NCBI GenBank assembly: GCA_012838225.1
Contig: DUPT01000038.1
Span: 10,557 to 74,556 of the forward strand
Origin: Tissierellia bacterium
GTDB taxonomy: Bacteria; Bacillota; Clostridia; Peptostreptococcales; Acidaminobacteraceae
DNA length: 64,000 nucleotides
Direction of reading: 5' to 3'
The notes below the pieces were generated by a model. The model had not been told where the DNA came from. It saw only the letters and a program-made list of their open reading frames with translations, and did not search any database. The position numbers and the translations under genes were made by a program. Below, one piece after another: positions 27,919 through 37,482 of the stretch (positions within the stretch are counted from its first letter, which is position 1; each line of letters begins with the position of its first letter).

Positions 27919-28210
27919 TTTCTTCCTCCAAAATCCGGCGCAGCTTCGGGCCGATCTCGATCAGCTCCGGAACCAGTTTGCCATAGTTCAATTCATACAT
28001 TGGATTGGCTTCCAACAGATTGCCTGTCTCTTCGCGGCCGCAGGCGGTGCGGATGGTGACCTCATCGCCGATCTCAGCGTCGTTTAAGAGCCAGCCCTTG
28101 GTCCAAAATTCCAGCGGAACTTTGGCGGTGTCTTCCGGCACATTCGCCGAGCGCTCGGAGGGCTCTAAGACGATGCCGTGAATTCGTACCCAGGTATCTT
28201 TTTTAATCAT
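27911..28210 (-). CDS. ortA: 2-amino-4-ketopentanoate thiolase alpha subunit
   Basis: 99 aa with KKDTWVRIHGIVLEPSERSANVPEDTAKVPLEFWTKGWL, typical of OrtA. Confidence 0.85.
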   Translation of the reverse strand: MIKKDTWVRIHGIVLEPSERSANVPEDTAKVPLEFWTKGWLLNDAEIGDEVTIRTACGREETGNLLEANPMYELNYGKLVPELIEIGPKLRRILEEENE

Positions 28211-28213
28211 TGG

Positions 28214-29263
28214 TTACTCCTCTATCAGGTCGCGCACATCACCCATGATGGCTCGTGGAATCGGCAGATCCAGCATGGTCTTGAGGCCCGGACGGGCATT
28301 GATGACATGCGGGATCATATTGACGCACATGGCGATGGTGCCGATGCCGCCTTCGATCTCGGGGGAATTGAGCAGGTTTACATTGGGATAGCCCTTGATG
28401 ATGACATAGTCCCCGGTCGTCACACCGACTTGCTCGGGTTCGATTTGTTGCGGGTGTTCCATTTCGATCTTGACCTCACCGTCGACATAGCCTTGAGCGG
28501 TCATCGAGACACCGGCGACTTGGCCGGCCTTGGCAAAGCCGTGGGGTGATTTACGATCGACATCGGTCACGATCGGCTCCATTTGTTGTTCCCATTTATC
28601 GAGCTTCCAGCCCAGACCATCGGCGATCATGCTCAAAGACTCGGGGAATCCGACGTGGCCGCTCATTTCGCCGCGGTCGCGCTTGGCGATGAAATCATCG
28701 ACCTCCATCCCGATGCCTTGCTCATGCATGACGGTCTTGCCAAAGGGTGAGAGGCTGTTGACTCGGCGGCTGAGGATGTGGTCGACTCGGCTCATGGTCC
28801 CGGTCATCATAAGGACCAGGGCGTCCATGATATGACCCGGATTGATGCCGGTGCCCAAGACGGTGACGCCGTTGGCCTTGGCCAGCTCATCGAGTTCTTT
28901 GGCCAGTTCAGGGGATTGGGCCTGAGGATAGGCCATTTCTTCAGCGGTCGTGATCAGGTTCATTTTGTTTTCCAGCACCAGACGCATCTTATCCATCGAA
29001 GCTGCCGTGAAGGAATCCGTTCCGATCATCACCACATCGGCCGCGCCGGGCTTGATGACTTCTTCGACACTTTTGAAAATGACTTCCGGCCGCTCACCTC
29101 GGTCGACTCCCAGGACTTCATACATGTCCTTGCCGTAGTTGGCATTGGTCTCGCGAACGATCGCACCGACGATCTCGATGCCTTGCTTCTCCGTGATCAT
29201 TTGGGCCATCCCGGAACCCATGGCTCCAAAGCCCCAGATAATAACCTTGACGTTTTCTTTCAT
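28214..29263 (-). CDS. ord: 2,4-diaminopentanoate dehydrogenase
   Basis: Rossmann motif VIIWGFGAMGSGMA. 349 aa from ATG 29263, behind GGGAGGAAAGA. First gene of the cluster. Confidence 0.85.
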   Translation of the reverse strand: MKENVKVIIWGFGAMGSGMAQMITEKQGIEIVGAIVRETNANYGKDMYEVLGVDRGERPEVIFKSVEEVIKPGAADVVMIGTDSFTAASMDKMRLVLENKMNLITTAEEMAYPQAQSPELAKELDELAKANGVTVLGTGINPGHIMDALVLMMTGTMSRVDHILSRRVNSLSPFGKTVMHEQGIGMEVDDFIAKRDRGEMSGHVGFPESLSMIADGLGWKLDKWEQQMEPIVTDVDRKSPHGFAKAGQVAGVSMTAQGYVDGEVKIEMEHPQQIEPEQVGVTTGDYVIIKGYPNVNLLNSPEIEGGIGTIAMCVNMIPHVINARPGLKTMLDLPIPRAIMGDVRDLIEE

Positions 29264-29309
29264 TCTTTCCTCCCTAAAATGTGTGTGATTGCTGTTACGC
29301 AATAATAGT

Positions 29310-29326
29310 AGCAAATATCGTGCCGA
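29310..29326 (-). promoter_or_regulatory. sigma-54 (-24/-12) promoter of the ornithine cluster
   Basis: Minus strand cGGCACGATATTTGCT against consensus TGGCACG-N4-TTGCW. About 48 nt upstream of the ord ATG. Confidence 0.75.
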
Positions 29327-29366
29327 CAAAAACAGGTGAAAACCGACGTTTTATAGTGTAACTGAA

Positions 29367-29395
29367 AAATATTTTGCACTCAAAGCAAAATATTT
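29367..29395. promoter_or_regulatory. inverted repeat AAATATTTTGC-N7-GCAAAATATTT: candidate activator binding site (UAS) and/or terminator of the activator gene
   Basis: Perfect 11-bp arms lie between the activator stop (29397) and the sigma-54 promoter. Each arm is a near copy of the 14-bp palindrome at 30801-30814. Confidence 0.45.
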
Positions 29396-29396
29396 G

Positions 29397-30773
29397 TCAG
29401 ACAATGCCGTATTTCTTCAGTTTGTATTGCAGATTTTGTCGCGGCAGACCGAGCCGTTTGGCGGTATTGGAGACATGGCCCTTCTCTTTAAAATAAGCGC
29501 TTTGGATCAGATTTCGTTCGATATCGGCCAAATACTCCATCAAAGGCTGATCCTCCCGGTAGAGACCGAGCAGTTGATCATCCATATCGCGGGTGAAATG
29601 ATCCGGCAGATCGCTCAGCTCCAGCTCCCCATCGGTTTCTTTCATATGGATGGTGGCTTCGATCAGGTGCTCAAGCTCCCGGACATTGCCCCGAAATTCA
29701 TGGCGTTTTAGAGCATCGCGAAAATCATGGCTGATCCCGGTGATGTCACGGCCGGCTTTTTGGCTGTATTTGTCGATAAAGCGTTCGGTCAGTTCCATGA
29801 TATCCTCCGGTCGTTGACTGAGGGTCGGAAGATCGAGCCGCATGACATTGAGCCGATAGTAGAGATCGCGCCGCAGTGTCCCCTGCTCTACCTGCTCTCG
29901 AGGCGGCTGATTGGTGGCGGCAATGATCCTGACATCGACGCGGATATCCTTGCTGCCGCCGACCTTACGGACAAAGCCCTCCTGGAGCACCCGAAGGAGC
30001 TTGGCTTGAAGGTTCGGGCTTAAGGAGTTGATCTCATCGAGAAACAGGGTCCCGCGATCGGCCTGCTCAAACAAGCCCTTGCGATCGACCGAGCCGGTGA
30101 AGGCGCCCTTGACGGTCCCAAACAGCAGGCTCTCCAGGATGCTTTCGGCCAGGGCGGCGCAGTTGACACCGATGAAGCGCTGATGCTGTCGTCTGGAGGC
30201 ATTGTGGATGCTTTGGGCAAACATTTCTTTGCCGGTACCGGTCTGACCGACGATCAGGACCGTCGCATCGGTCTCGGCGCAGCGCCTAGCGATCCTTAAG
30301 GCCTGCTGCATCAGCTCCGAGGAGCCGATGATCATATCGAAGGTATAGTAGTTCGGTTTGGTTTCCAGGAGCTCGCCGCCGATCAGCTGATGGACCTGAT
30401 CGGTCAGATCCTTTTCATCGGTGATATTGCGGCTAAACTCCAGCGCACCGTAGTTTTTTCCGTCGACGATGATCGGATACGTATGATTGATGGTCGTGAT
30501 CCGCTCACCGCGAAGATTGGTATAGTGTTGACGAAAATCCTCCACCACCTGGTCATGCCGGGTGGCCTGGAGCAGGGTCGAATTGGTATAGTCGAGTTTA
30601 GGGAAAATCTCAGAAAAATGCTTGCCGATCACTTCATCGGGGATCACGCCCTCGATGCGCTCCATTGCCCGATTATAGGCCAGCGTATAGCCGTCCTGAT
30701 CGATGATATGGACACCGTCCGACATATGATCGAGCAATATAGTCATTATTTTTTGTTGAATTCGTTTTTCCAT
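29397..30773 (-). CDS. sigma-54-dependent transcriptional activator (PAS sensor, AAA+, Fis-type HTH)
   Basis: GQTGTGKE Walker A, GAFTGS sigma-54 contact loop, C-terminal [27 protein letters not shown]-terminal PAS-like domain. Confidence 0.9.
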   Translation of the reverse strand: MEKRIQQKIMTILLDHMSDGVHIIDQDGYTLAYNRAMERIEGVIPDEVIGKHFSEIFPKLDYTNSTLLQATRHDQVVEDFRQHYTNLRGERITTINHTYPIIVDGKNYGALEFSRNITDEKDLTDQVHQLIGGELLETKPNYYTFDMIIGSSELMQQALRIARRCAETDATVLIVGQTGTGKEMFAQSIHNASRRQHQRFIGVNCAALAESILESLLFGTVKGAFTGSVDRKGLFEQADRGTLFLDEINSLSPNLQAKLLRVLQEGFVRKVGGSKDIRVDVRIIAATNQPPREQVEQGTLRRDLYYRLNVMRLDLPTLSQRPEDIMELTERFIDKYSQKAGRDITGISHDFRDALKRHEFRGNVRELEHLIEATIHMKETDGELELSDLPDHFTRDMDDQLLGLYREDQPLMEYLADIERNLIQSAYFKEKGHVSNTAKRLGLPRQNLQYKLKKYGIV

Positions 30774-30800
30774 GACTACCTCAATCCGATTGTATCATAT

Positions 30801-30814
30801 AGCAAAATATTTTG
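30801..30814. promoter_or_regulatory. 14-bp perfect palindrome GCAAAATATTTTGC in the activator gene's promoter region
   Basis: 28 nt upstream of the activator ATG, between a possible ATGCAA (-35) and TGaTACAAT (-10) on the minus strand. Same motif as at 29367-29395. Confidence 0.4.
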
Positions 30815-30877
30815 CATGGGTCTGGCCGATCTTTTTTTCGCTCGACTAAGCCATCGCCCCTTCGATAACTCGAACTA

Positions 30878-30906
30878 TTGACCGCACCGCCAATCTCTCA
30901 TATACT
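30878..30906 (+). promoter_or_regulatory. candidate sigma-A promoter of the first M15 peptidase gene
   Basis: TTGACC, 17 nt, then TATACT. Confidence 0.5.
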
Positions 30907-30959
30907 CTAAGAGTAGTTCTACTCACACGCCCCTTAGGGGCTGATATACAAAAGAGGTT

Positions 30960-31826
30960 ATGATGAAACGCGCAATGATCCTGATCATTTTGGTGATCGC
31001 CGTCCTGATCGGCACCTATTACGGTGGCCTATGGAACCGTTCAACTGACACGCCGGTCGAACCGGAGCCGGCCGAGGAGCCGGTAGCGATCGAGGAGCCG
31101 GTCGAGTCTGAGCCGGAGGAAACGATCACCGAGCCGGCACCGGTCGAACCAGCACCGATCGTCGAACGAAATATCTACGGCTTCATGCCCAATCTGCCAC
31201 TGGATGATTCCTCGATCACAGTCTATGAGGGCGTGGTCGATCCCAGAAGCGTCAGCCCGAAGATCCTCGATGAGGTCACGATCACCTCGGTGGTCAATAA
31301 GTTCAACGCCCTGCCTGAGGGCTACTATCCCGACAACCTGGTCTTTATCGAAGCCAACGGCTATGAGGGCATGCAGCTCCAAGCGGAGGCGGCCGAGCAG
31401 TGGGAGCGGTGGCGCCAGGCCGCCGAGGCCGAAGGCTATATCGTCAAGGTCGTCGGCAGCTATCGCAGCGCCGATACGCAGGCCATGCTGTTTGAGAACT
31501 ATCTGGCCGGCTGGGGCGAAGAGGCCCTGTTGTGGTCGGCTCATCCCAGACGAAGCGAGCATGAGATGGGTCTGGCACTCGATCTGAGCGATACCCAGGA
31601 CGTCCCCTCCGAGGACTTTATCCATACCCCGATGGGCGCCTACCTGGCCGAGACGGCTCACCGCTACGGCTTTATCCTGCGCTATCCTCAAGGCTATGAG
31701 GCCGATACCGGCTATGGCTTTGAGCCTTGGCACTACCGATACGTCGGCGTCGATCTCGCTGAAGCCATGCGTCAAGACGGTTCGGCCACCTTGGAGCATT
31801 TCTACGGCTTGACCGTAACGCCTTGA
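30960..31826 (+). CDS. membrane-anchored M15B (VanY-type) D-alanyl-D-alanine carboxypeptidase
   Basis: Zinc motifs SEHEMGLALDL and EPWHYRYVG. N-terminal TM and EP-rich linker. Confidence 0.8.
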   Translation: MMKRAMILIILVIAVLIGTYYGGLWNRSTDTPVEPEPAEEPVAIEEPVESEPEETITEPAPVEPAPIVERNIYGFMPNLPLDDSSITVYEGVVDPRSVSPKILDEVTITSVVNKFNALPEGYYPDNLVFIEANGYEGMQLQAEAAEQWERWRQAAEAEGYIVKVVGSYRSADTQAMLFENYLAGWGEEALLWSAHPRRSEHEMGLALDLSDTQDVPSEDFIHTPMGAYLAETAHRYGFILRYPQGYEADTGYGFEPWHYRYVGVDLAEAMRQDGSATLEHFYGLTVTP

Positions 31827-31829
31827 TCC

Positions 31830-31852
31830 GCCGCCCTCGGGCGGCTCTTTTG
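31830..31852 (+). terminator. candidate terminator between the two M15 genes
   Basis: GCCGCC-ctcg-GGCGGC followed by TCTTTT. Confidence 0.5.
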
Positions 31853-31926
31853 ATACCTAAAACAAATATTCATTCAGCCTATCGCTTGGTGGTATCATAC
31901 CTCTTTTATCACCACATAACACCGGA

Positions 31927-32820
31927 GTGAACCAATTGAAACAAGTTTTTTTCTATCTGATCCTGGGCCTGTCATTGGCCGCGGTTGCCTGCCAGAAACC
32001 GATCGCGGTCGCGGACTCTCCCATCCCCGGCTTATTGGTCAATGCCACACCGGTGACGACGAGTGAAGTCATCGTCACTTCACATAATGCTTCGACCGAG
32101 CTCTATCCCGCCCCGCCGCCTTTAGCTCAGCGTAGTGTCGCCTCTTTGGCGATGCCGATCGTTACCGCCGGCGGCTACGGCGCCAATATTTCACCGGAGG
32201 ATCCGCATATTCGGCTCTACCGCTCGGTGGTCGATCCACGCTCGATCGAACCCGTCATTATCGAGACAGTCGGACTGACATCGCTCGTCAATAAAATCAA
32301 TGCCCTCCCCTGGGACTACGCCCCCACCGACCTGATACCGATCGATGCCGGGGGTGTGGCCGGCATGAGCCTGCGACAAGAAGCCGCCGCGGCCTGGGAG
32401 CAGTGGCGCCTGGCGGCACTCCGTGATGGCTACAGCGTACTGGCTGTCAGCAGCTATCGCTCAAGAGACTATCAAGTGGGGCTGTTCAACCGCTACCTGG
32501 CTTCTCACGGCGACGAGGCCATCTTGTGGTCGGCTCATCCCAGACGAAGCGAGCACGAGATGGGCCTGGCTCTCGACTTATCCAATCACTACGCTCTCCC
32601 GGGGGAGAGCTTTGGTGAGACAGCCATGGGTCGATATCTGGCCGAGACGGCTCACCTCTTCGGCTTTATCCTGCGTTATCCCAAGGGCTATGAAGCCGAC
32701 ACCGGCTATAGCTATGAACCGTGGCATTTTCGCTATGTCGGTTTAGACATCGCCGACCAGATGGTGAGCCGATCGATCCCTACTCTCGAGCATTTCTATC
32801 AATTGACTCTCGAGCCATAG
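31927..32820 (+). CDS. second M15B (VanY-type) D,D-carboxypeptidase paralog, lipoprotein
   Basis: Lipobox LSLAAVAC, SEHEMGLALDL, EPWHFRYVG. GTG start per the track. Confidence 0.78.
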   Translation: MNQLKQVFFYLILGLSLAAVACQKPIAVADSPIPGLLVNATPVTTSEVIVTSHNASTELYPAPPPLAQRSVASLAMPIVTAGGYGANISPEDPHIRLYRSVVDPRSIEPVIIETVGLTSLVNKINALPWDYAPTDLIPIDAGGVAGMSLRQEAAAAWEQWRLAALRDGYSVLAVSSYRSRDYQVGLFNRYLASHGDEAILWSAHPRRSEHEMGLALDLSNHYALPGESFGETAMGRYLAETAHLFGFILRYPKGYEADTGYSYEPWHFRYVGLDIADQMVSRSIPTLEHFYQLTLEP

Positions 32821-32859
32821 CGCCATCGACAAAATGAAGGCCGGGTCTCCCCGGCAGGC

Positions 32860-33939
32860 TTAATAGCCTCTTATTTTCTCGATCATCGTTCGCCCAAGCC
32901 ATACCAAGCCGCCGCCTAACGCCGAGCCGATATAGAAGGCCGATCGTTGATGAAGCGGCTTTTTCTTAGCGGGCTTGACGAGCTCGAGATGGATCGGCCG
33001 GACGGTCACATCGACCTCTTTTTCACCCTTTAGGGTCGTGCCGGCTTCGATGGCTTCTTCGGGATGCTCGAGGATCGTTTCGATGACCTGCCGCTCCAAG
33101 CCGCCCTTATAACGCGAGATATAGGTGGCTGTCACCTCGGCGCCTACCATGATGATGATCGAGCTGAGGTAGAGCCACAGCATCAAGACGATCACGCCTC
33201 CCAGGGAGCCGTAGGTATTGGAATAATTGGAAAAGTTATTGACATAGAAGCCAAAGCCAAACGAAGCGATGCTCCAGAGCACTCCGGCCACCCCGGCCCC
33301 AAGCAGGGCCTCGGGAAAGGTGATAAATAGGTTCTGAGGAAAACCTGGTCCCCATTTGTACAGCGCCGCCAGGGTCAAGATGATGATGATAAGCGGCAGC
33401 AGCCACTGAACGATCTGCCAGATAGAGGCGAGAAAGTCAAAGCCGGGAAATTGACTAATCAGGCTGTGAAAGAGCTGATTGCCAAACACCTGGATCCCCA
33501 AGGCCACCACGATCACCGCCACCAGGATGATGGTATAGAGTACGGCAATGATCCGGCGGAGCCATTTCTTTCGGGCATTCTCGATATCATAGGCGGCATC
33601 CATCGCCCCGATCAGGTTGTTGATGCCATTGGAGCCCGACCACAAGCTGGCCAGAAGTGAAAACCCGAGGAGGCTGCCCGAGCGGCTCTCAACGATATCG
33701 ATCAGTATCGGCTGGAGTAGATTGGCTGTCTCTTGAGGCATGGCCGAGAGCAATCGGGTGAGGCTGTCGGTTTGAGCCAGCGGAGTAAAGCTCAGGACCG
33801 ATAGGACAAAGATGATCAGCGGAAAGATGCTAAGCAGCAGGTAGTAGGCTAATTGAGCGCCCACCTGCGGGACGCGATCCGATTGAAATCGTTCGATCAG
33901 TTCTTTGATAAATTCTTTTAGGCCGCCGTCTTTTTTCAT
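32860..33939 (-). CDS. YihY/BrkB (ribonuclease BN-like) family membrane protein
   Basis: Six TM helices and the family N-terminus FIKELIERFQSDRVPQVGAQLAYYLLLSIFP. Start at ATG 33939, behind AAGGAG. Confidence 0.75.
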   Translation of the reverse strand: MKKDGGLKEFIKELIERFQSDRVPQVGAQLAYYLLLSIFPLIIFVLSVLSFTPLAQTDSLTRLLSAMPQETANLLQPILIDIVESRSGSLLGFSLLASLWSGSNGINNLIGAMDAAYDIENARKKWLRRIIAVLYTIILVAVIVVALGIQVFGNQLFHSLISQFPGFDFLASIWQIVQWLLPLIIIILTLAALYKWGPGFPQNLFITFPEALLGAGVAGVLWSIASFGFGFYVNNFSNYSNTYGSLGGVIVLMLWLYLSSIIIMVGAEVTATYISRYKGGLERQVIETILEHPEEAIEAGTTLKGEKEVDVTVRPIHLELVKPAKKKPLHQRSAFYIGSALGGGLVWLGRTMIEKIRGY

Positions 33940-33991
33940 GCAGGCTCGCTCCTTTTTGTCGGGTATGGTTTGACAATACCCCACTTAAACC

Positions 33992-34031
33992 AAAAAATCA
34001 CCCGAGGCGGCCAATTGTCGCTTCGGGTGAT
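33992..34031 (-). terminator. intrinsic terminator after glyA
   Basis: 13-bp stem ATCACCCGAAGCG / CGCCTCGGGTGAT followed by TTTTTTGG on the minus strand. Confidence 0.75.
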
Positions 34032-34044
34032 CGTTAGGCTAGAG

Positions 34045-35262
34045 TTAGGCTCTAAGCGGAAACTGTGATGCCAGATCGGCCACGTCTTGGCGGATCTCCT
34101 CCACCGGACGCTTCTTCATCAGCGTATCATCAAACAGCTTCGCAATCTGCTTCATATGCTCTTCTGTTAGTCCGCGGCTGGTCAGGGCGGCACAGCCGAC
34201 CCGAATACCGCTGGTGACAAACGGGCTTTCGGTCTCCTTGGGCACGGTGTTTTTATTGACCGTGATATCGACCTCGCCCAGCAGGGCTTCGGCGGCTTTG
34301 CCGGTCAAGCCTTTATTTCTCAGATCCATCAGGAACAGGTGATTATCGGTCCCGCCGCTGACGATGTGATAGCCCAGTTGCTTGAGCTCTTCGGCCAGGA
34401 CGGCCGTATTCTTTTTGGCCTGTCGGATATAGTTCTTGAACTTATCGCCCATGGCCTCTTTGAAGGCCACCGCCTTGGCGGCAATCACATGCTCGAGCGG
34501 TCCGCCCTGCATCCCGGGGAAAACGGCCTTGTCGATCGCCTTGGCGTACTCGGCTCGGCATAGGATGGCTCCCCCGCGCGGTCCTCGAAGCGTCTTATGG
34601 GTGGTGGTGGTGATGACATCGGCATACGGCACCGGATCGGGATGCTCTCCGGCCACGACCAGACCGGCGATATGAGCCATATCGACCATCAGGTAGGCCC
34701 CGACCTCATCGGCGATGTCGCGGAATTTCTTGAAATCGATCTGACGGGCATAGGCGCTGGCACCGGCCACGATCATTTTCGGTTTTTCCCGGCGAGCGAT
34801 CTCGGCCACCGCTTCGTAGTCGATCACACCCTCGTCGTTTACGCCATAGTGGATGAACTCATAGAACTGACCGGAGAAATTGACCGGTGAGCCATGGGTC
34901 AAGTGTCCCCCATGCGACAGATCCATCCCCAGGACCTTATCGCCCGGCTTCAATAAGGCCAGGTAGGCGGCCATATTGGCCTGAGAACCGGCATGCGGCT
35001 GGACATTGGCGTGCTCGGCGCCGAACAGTTCCTTCAAGCGCTCGATCGCCAGGGTCTCCACCTTGTCGACGACCTCGCATCCGCCGTAGTAGCGTTTTCC
35101 CGGATAGCCTTCGGCATATTTGTTGGTCAAGATGCTGCCGGTGGCATCGAGTACACTTTGTGTAACGATGTTCTCCGAAGCAATCAGTTCCAGTCCTTTG
35201 CGCTGGCGGTCTTCTTCCTCTTGGATCAGGTCAAAGATTTCGCGATCCGTCTCTTTTAGCAT
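34045..35262 (-). CDS. glyA: serine hydroxymethyltransferase
   Basis: [17 protein letters not shown]-lysine motif. 405 aa. Confidence 0.95.
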   Translation of the reverse strand: MLKETDREIFDLIQEEEDRQRKGLELIASENIVTQSVLDATGSILTNKYAEGYPGKRYYGGCEVVDKVETLAIERLKELFGAEHANVQPHAGSQANMAAYLALLKPGDKVLGMDLSHGGHLTHGSPVNFSGQFYEFIHYGVNDEGVIDYEAVAEIARREKPKMIVAGASAYARQIDFKKFRDIADEVGAYLMVDMAHIAGLVVAGEHPDPVPYADVITTTTHKTLRGPRGGAILCRAEYAKAIDKAVFPGMQGGPLEHVIAAKAVAFKEAMGDKFKNYIRQAKKNTAVLAEELKQLGYHIVSGGTDNHLFLMDLRNKGLTGKAAEALLGEVDITVNKNTVPKETESPFVTSGIRVGCAALTSRGLTEEHMKQIAKLFDDTLMKKRPVEEIRQDVADLASQFPLRA

Positions 35263-35265
35263 GGT

Positions 35266-35724
35266 CTACTCTCCTTTAGATAATGATGTTTCCAGTTGGC
35301 ACAGGTTGCTTGAGGCCGGTCCGACGATGGTTGCCGTGAAACGACCTGTCTTATTCATATCTCCCTGACGCGTCTTCATCACCAGATAATAGACGGCGCC
35401 TAAGGCAATACCTAAGGTTACGCCGACCACCTCCGACCAATTGCCCAGGCCGATCACGGGGGCTAAGAGCGTCCCGAGATAGATGCCGGCCAGGATGATG
35501 ATCAGGGGCAATCCGTATACCCAAAAGGCGGCGGCATTGAGATCCGCACTGGGCATATCGATGTCGACCAGCTCCCCCGGGCGATAGTCACGATCGGCTT
35601 TGGCCAGGACCTCAAGTCCTCCTCGGCCCTTCGAGCACGATGTACATCCCTCGCACAGGTTTCCGGCGACTGTTTCAACCCGGAAGAGATCCTTCTCTTG
35701 CCGGATGATTCTTGCTTGTACCAT
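35266..35724 (-). CDS. RseC/MucC (SoxR-reducing-system) family membrane protein
   Basis: N-terminal Cys cluster CEGCTSCSKGRGG and two C-terminal TM helices. 152 aa. Confidence 0.65.
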   Translation of the reverse strand: MVQARIIRQEKDLFRVETVAGNLCEGCTSCSKGRGGLEVLAKADRDYRPGELVDIDMPSADLNAAAFWVYGLPLIIILAGIYLGTLLAPVIGLGNWSEVVGVTLGIALGAVYYLVMKTRQGDMNKTGRFTATIVGPASSNLCQLETSLSKGE

Positions 35725-35727
35725 GTC

Positions 35728-37482
35728 CTACTCCTCTATCGATAGATGAAGCTCCTCCAACTGGATCTCTTCAGCCGGTGAGGGCGCCTCACTCATCAGA
35801 TCCGTCGCGGCCAGCGTTTTGGGAAACGCCACCACGTCACGGATATTGTCGGTGTCGGTCAAGATCATCGTCAGACGATCGAGTCCGTAAGCGATTCCGC
35901 CATGGGGCGGTGTCCCGTATTTTAGCGCATCGAGAAAGAATCCGAAGCGCTGCTGGGCTTCTTGTTCGCTAAAGCCGATGACCTCGAAGATCTTCTGTTG
36001 CAGGGTCGCATCGTGGATCCGGATCGATCCGCTGGCAAGCTCATAGCCATTGAGGACAAAGTCATAGCAATTGGCCATGACGGCAGCCGGATCTGTCTCC
36101 AGGAGCGCCTCATGCTCGGGTTTTGGGGCGGTGAACATATGGTGTTGCGCCACAAACCGATCTTCTTCTTCGTCGTATTCGAAGGCCGGAAAGTCGACCA
36201 CCCAGAGCATATCGTAGCTATCGGATGAGTACAGGCCCTTGTCCTTAGCGATCTGATTTCTCAGATTGCCCAGCACCGTCAGTGCCACCTTCTTGGTATC
36301 ACTGACCAATAGGTAAATACCCGACTTATGAGCCGATTTCTCACGTAAGTCAGATATCTCATTTTCGTTAAGGAATTTGGCGATCGAGCCGCCGATTTCC
36401 TCATCAAGGATAACATAAGCCAGGCCCTTGGCACCATACGTTTTAGCAAGTTTCTCGAGGTTTTTCAGTTCTTTGGTCGAATAGCTCTCACTCCCCTCGA
36501 CAAACAGACCGCGGACAGTCTTCCCCTCGGCGATGGCCGTGCGAAACACGCCAAAGCCCGACTGACGAAAGACCTCGTCGAGATTGTCGATCAATAGCTC
36601 AAACCGGGTATCGGGCTTATCCGTACCGTAGTTTTCGATCGCCTCGGCGTAGCTGATCCGCTTTAAGGGCAGCTCGATCTCGAGGCCCTTCATCTCCCGA
36701 AAGATGGTCTGCATCAGGCGTTCATTGATGGCAAACACATCCTCTTGATCGACAAAGCTCAGCTCCATATCAAGCTGGGTGAACTCCGGTTGCCGATCGG
36801 CCCGCAGGTCTTCATCCCGAAAGCAGCGCGCGATCTGAAAGTAGCGATCGGCCCCGCCGATCATCAGCAGCTGCTTAAAGATCTGGGGCGATTGGGGCAG
36901 GGCGTAGAACTTGCCCTTATGCAACCGAGACGGTACCAGATAGTCTCGGGCGCCCTCGGGGGTGGTCTTACCTAGGATCGGCGTCTCGAACTCGGTAAAG
37001 CCTTCATCGTATAAGAAATTGCGGATCGTCCGGTAGAGCTGGGAGCGGACCCGAAACTTATTCATCAGGTTGTTCTTTCGCAGGTCGAGATAGCGGTATT
37101 TCAGACGCAGCTCCTCTTTGGCCTGATCATCATCACTCACGTGGATCGGCGGTGTCAGAGAAGGCGCATGGATCTGAAGCTCCTCTACGATCAGCTCGAT
37201 CTCACCCGAGGCCAGCTTCGGATTGGCGCTTTCTCGGCGTACGACCTCTCCTTTGGCGCTCAAGCAGTGCTCACGGCCCAGGCCTGAGGCCTGCGCATAC
37301 AGAGCCGGCTGAGTCGCTTCATCGATCACCAGCTGGGCGATCCCTTGGCGGTCACGCAGGTCGATAAACAGTCGTCCCGGCATGCGACGGATCGTCTGGA
37401 CCCAGCCGGCCAGGGTGATGCGTTGTCCGATATCGGTTTCTCTTAGGTCACCGGCAAAGGCGGTGCGTTTTAGTAGGGCCAT
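35728..37482 (-). CDS. aspS: aspartate--tRNA ligase
   Basis: Class II motifs FYALPQSPQ, FRDEDLRADRQPEFTQLD, GLDRL. 584 aa. Confidence 0.95.
   Translation of the reverse strand: MALLKRTAFAGDLRETDIGQRITLAGWVQTIRRMPGRLFIDLRDRQGIAQLVIDEATQPALYAQASGLGREHCLSAKGEVVRRESANPKLASGEIELIVEELQIHAPSLTPPIHVSDDDQAKEELRLKYRYLDLRKNNLMNKFRVRSQLYRTIRNFLYDEGFTEFETPILGKTTPEGARDYLVPSRLHKGKFYALPQSPQIFKQLLMIGGADRYFQIARCFRDEDLRADRQPEFTQLDMELSFVDQEDVFAINERLMQTIFREMKGLEIELPLKRISYAEAIENYGTDKPDTRFELLIDNLDEVFRQSGFGVFRTAIAEGKTVRGLFVEGSESYSTKELKNLEKLAKTYGAKGLAYVILDEEIGGSIAKFLNENEISDLREKSAHKSGIYLLVSDTKKVALTVLGNLRNQIAKDKGLYSSDSYDMLWVVDFPAFEYDEEEDRFVAQHHMFTAPKPEHEALLETDPAAVMANCYDFVLNGYELASGSIRIHDATLQQKIFEVIGFSEQEAQQRFGFFLDALKYGTPPHGGIAYGLDRLTMILTDTDNIRDVVAFPKTLAATDLMSEAPSPAEEIQLEELHLSIEE

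Noticed and set aside
25401-28059. Long plus-strand ORFs (25401-25994, 27394-28059 and several shorter ones) inside oraE and ortB
   Set aside because: They are antisense to well-supported ornithine-pathway genes. Their composition is biased (G/D/R/A-rich). They have no start context. They are mutually overlapping in different frames.
30829-30850. TGGCCGATCTTTTTTTCGC resembling a sigma-54 -24/-12 element in front of the VanY-type genes
   Set aside because: The GG-N10-GC spacing and the TTGC -12 box are not satisfied. A good sigma-A promoter (TTGACC-17-TATACT) lies just downstream and explains expression.
31041-31799. 252-aa minus-strand ORF covering almost the whole first VanY-type gene
   Set aside because: It is antisense to a gene with clear catalytic motifs. 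Its product is Arg/Leu/Asp/Gly-rich low complexity, with no RBS and no motifs. This is the typical shadow ORF of GC-rich third positions.
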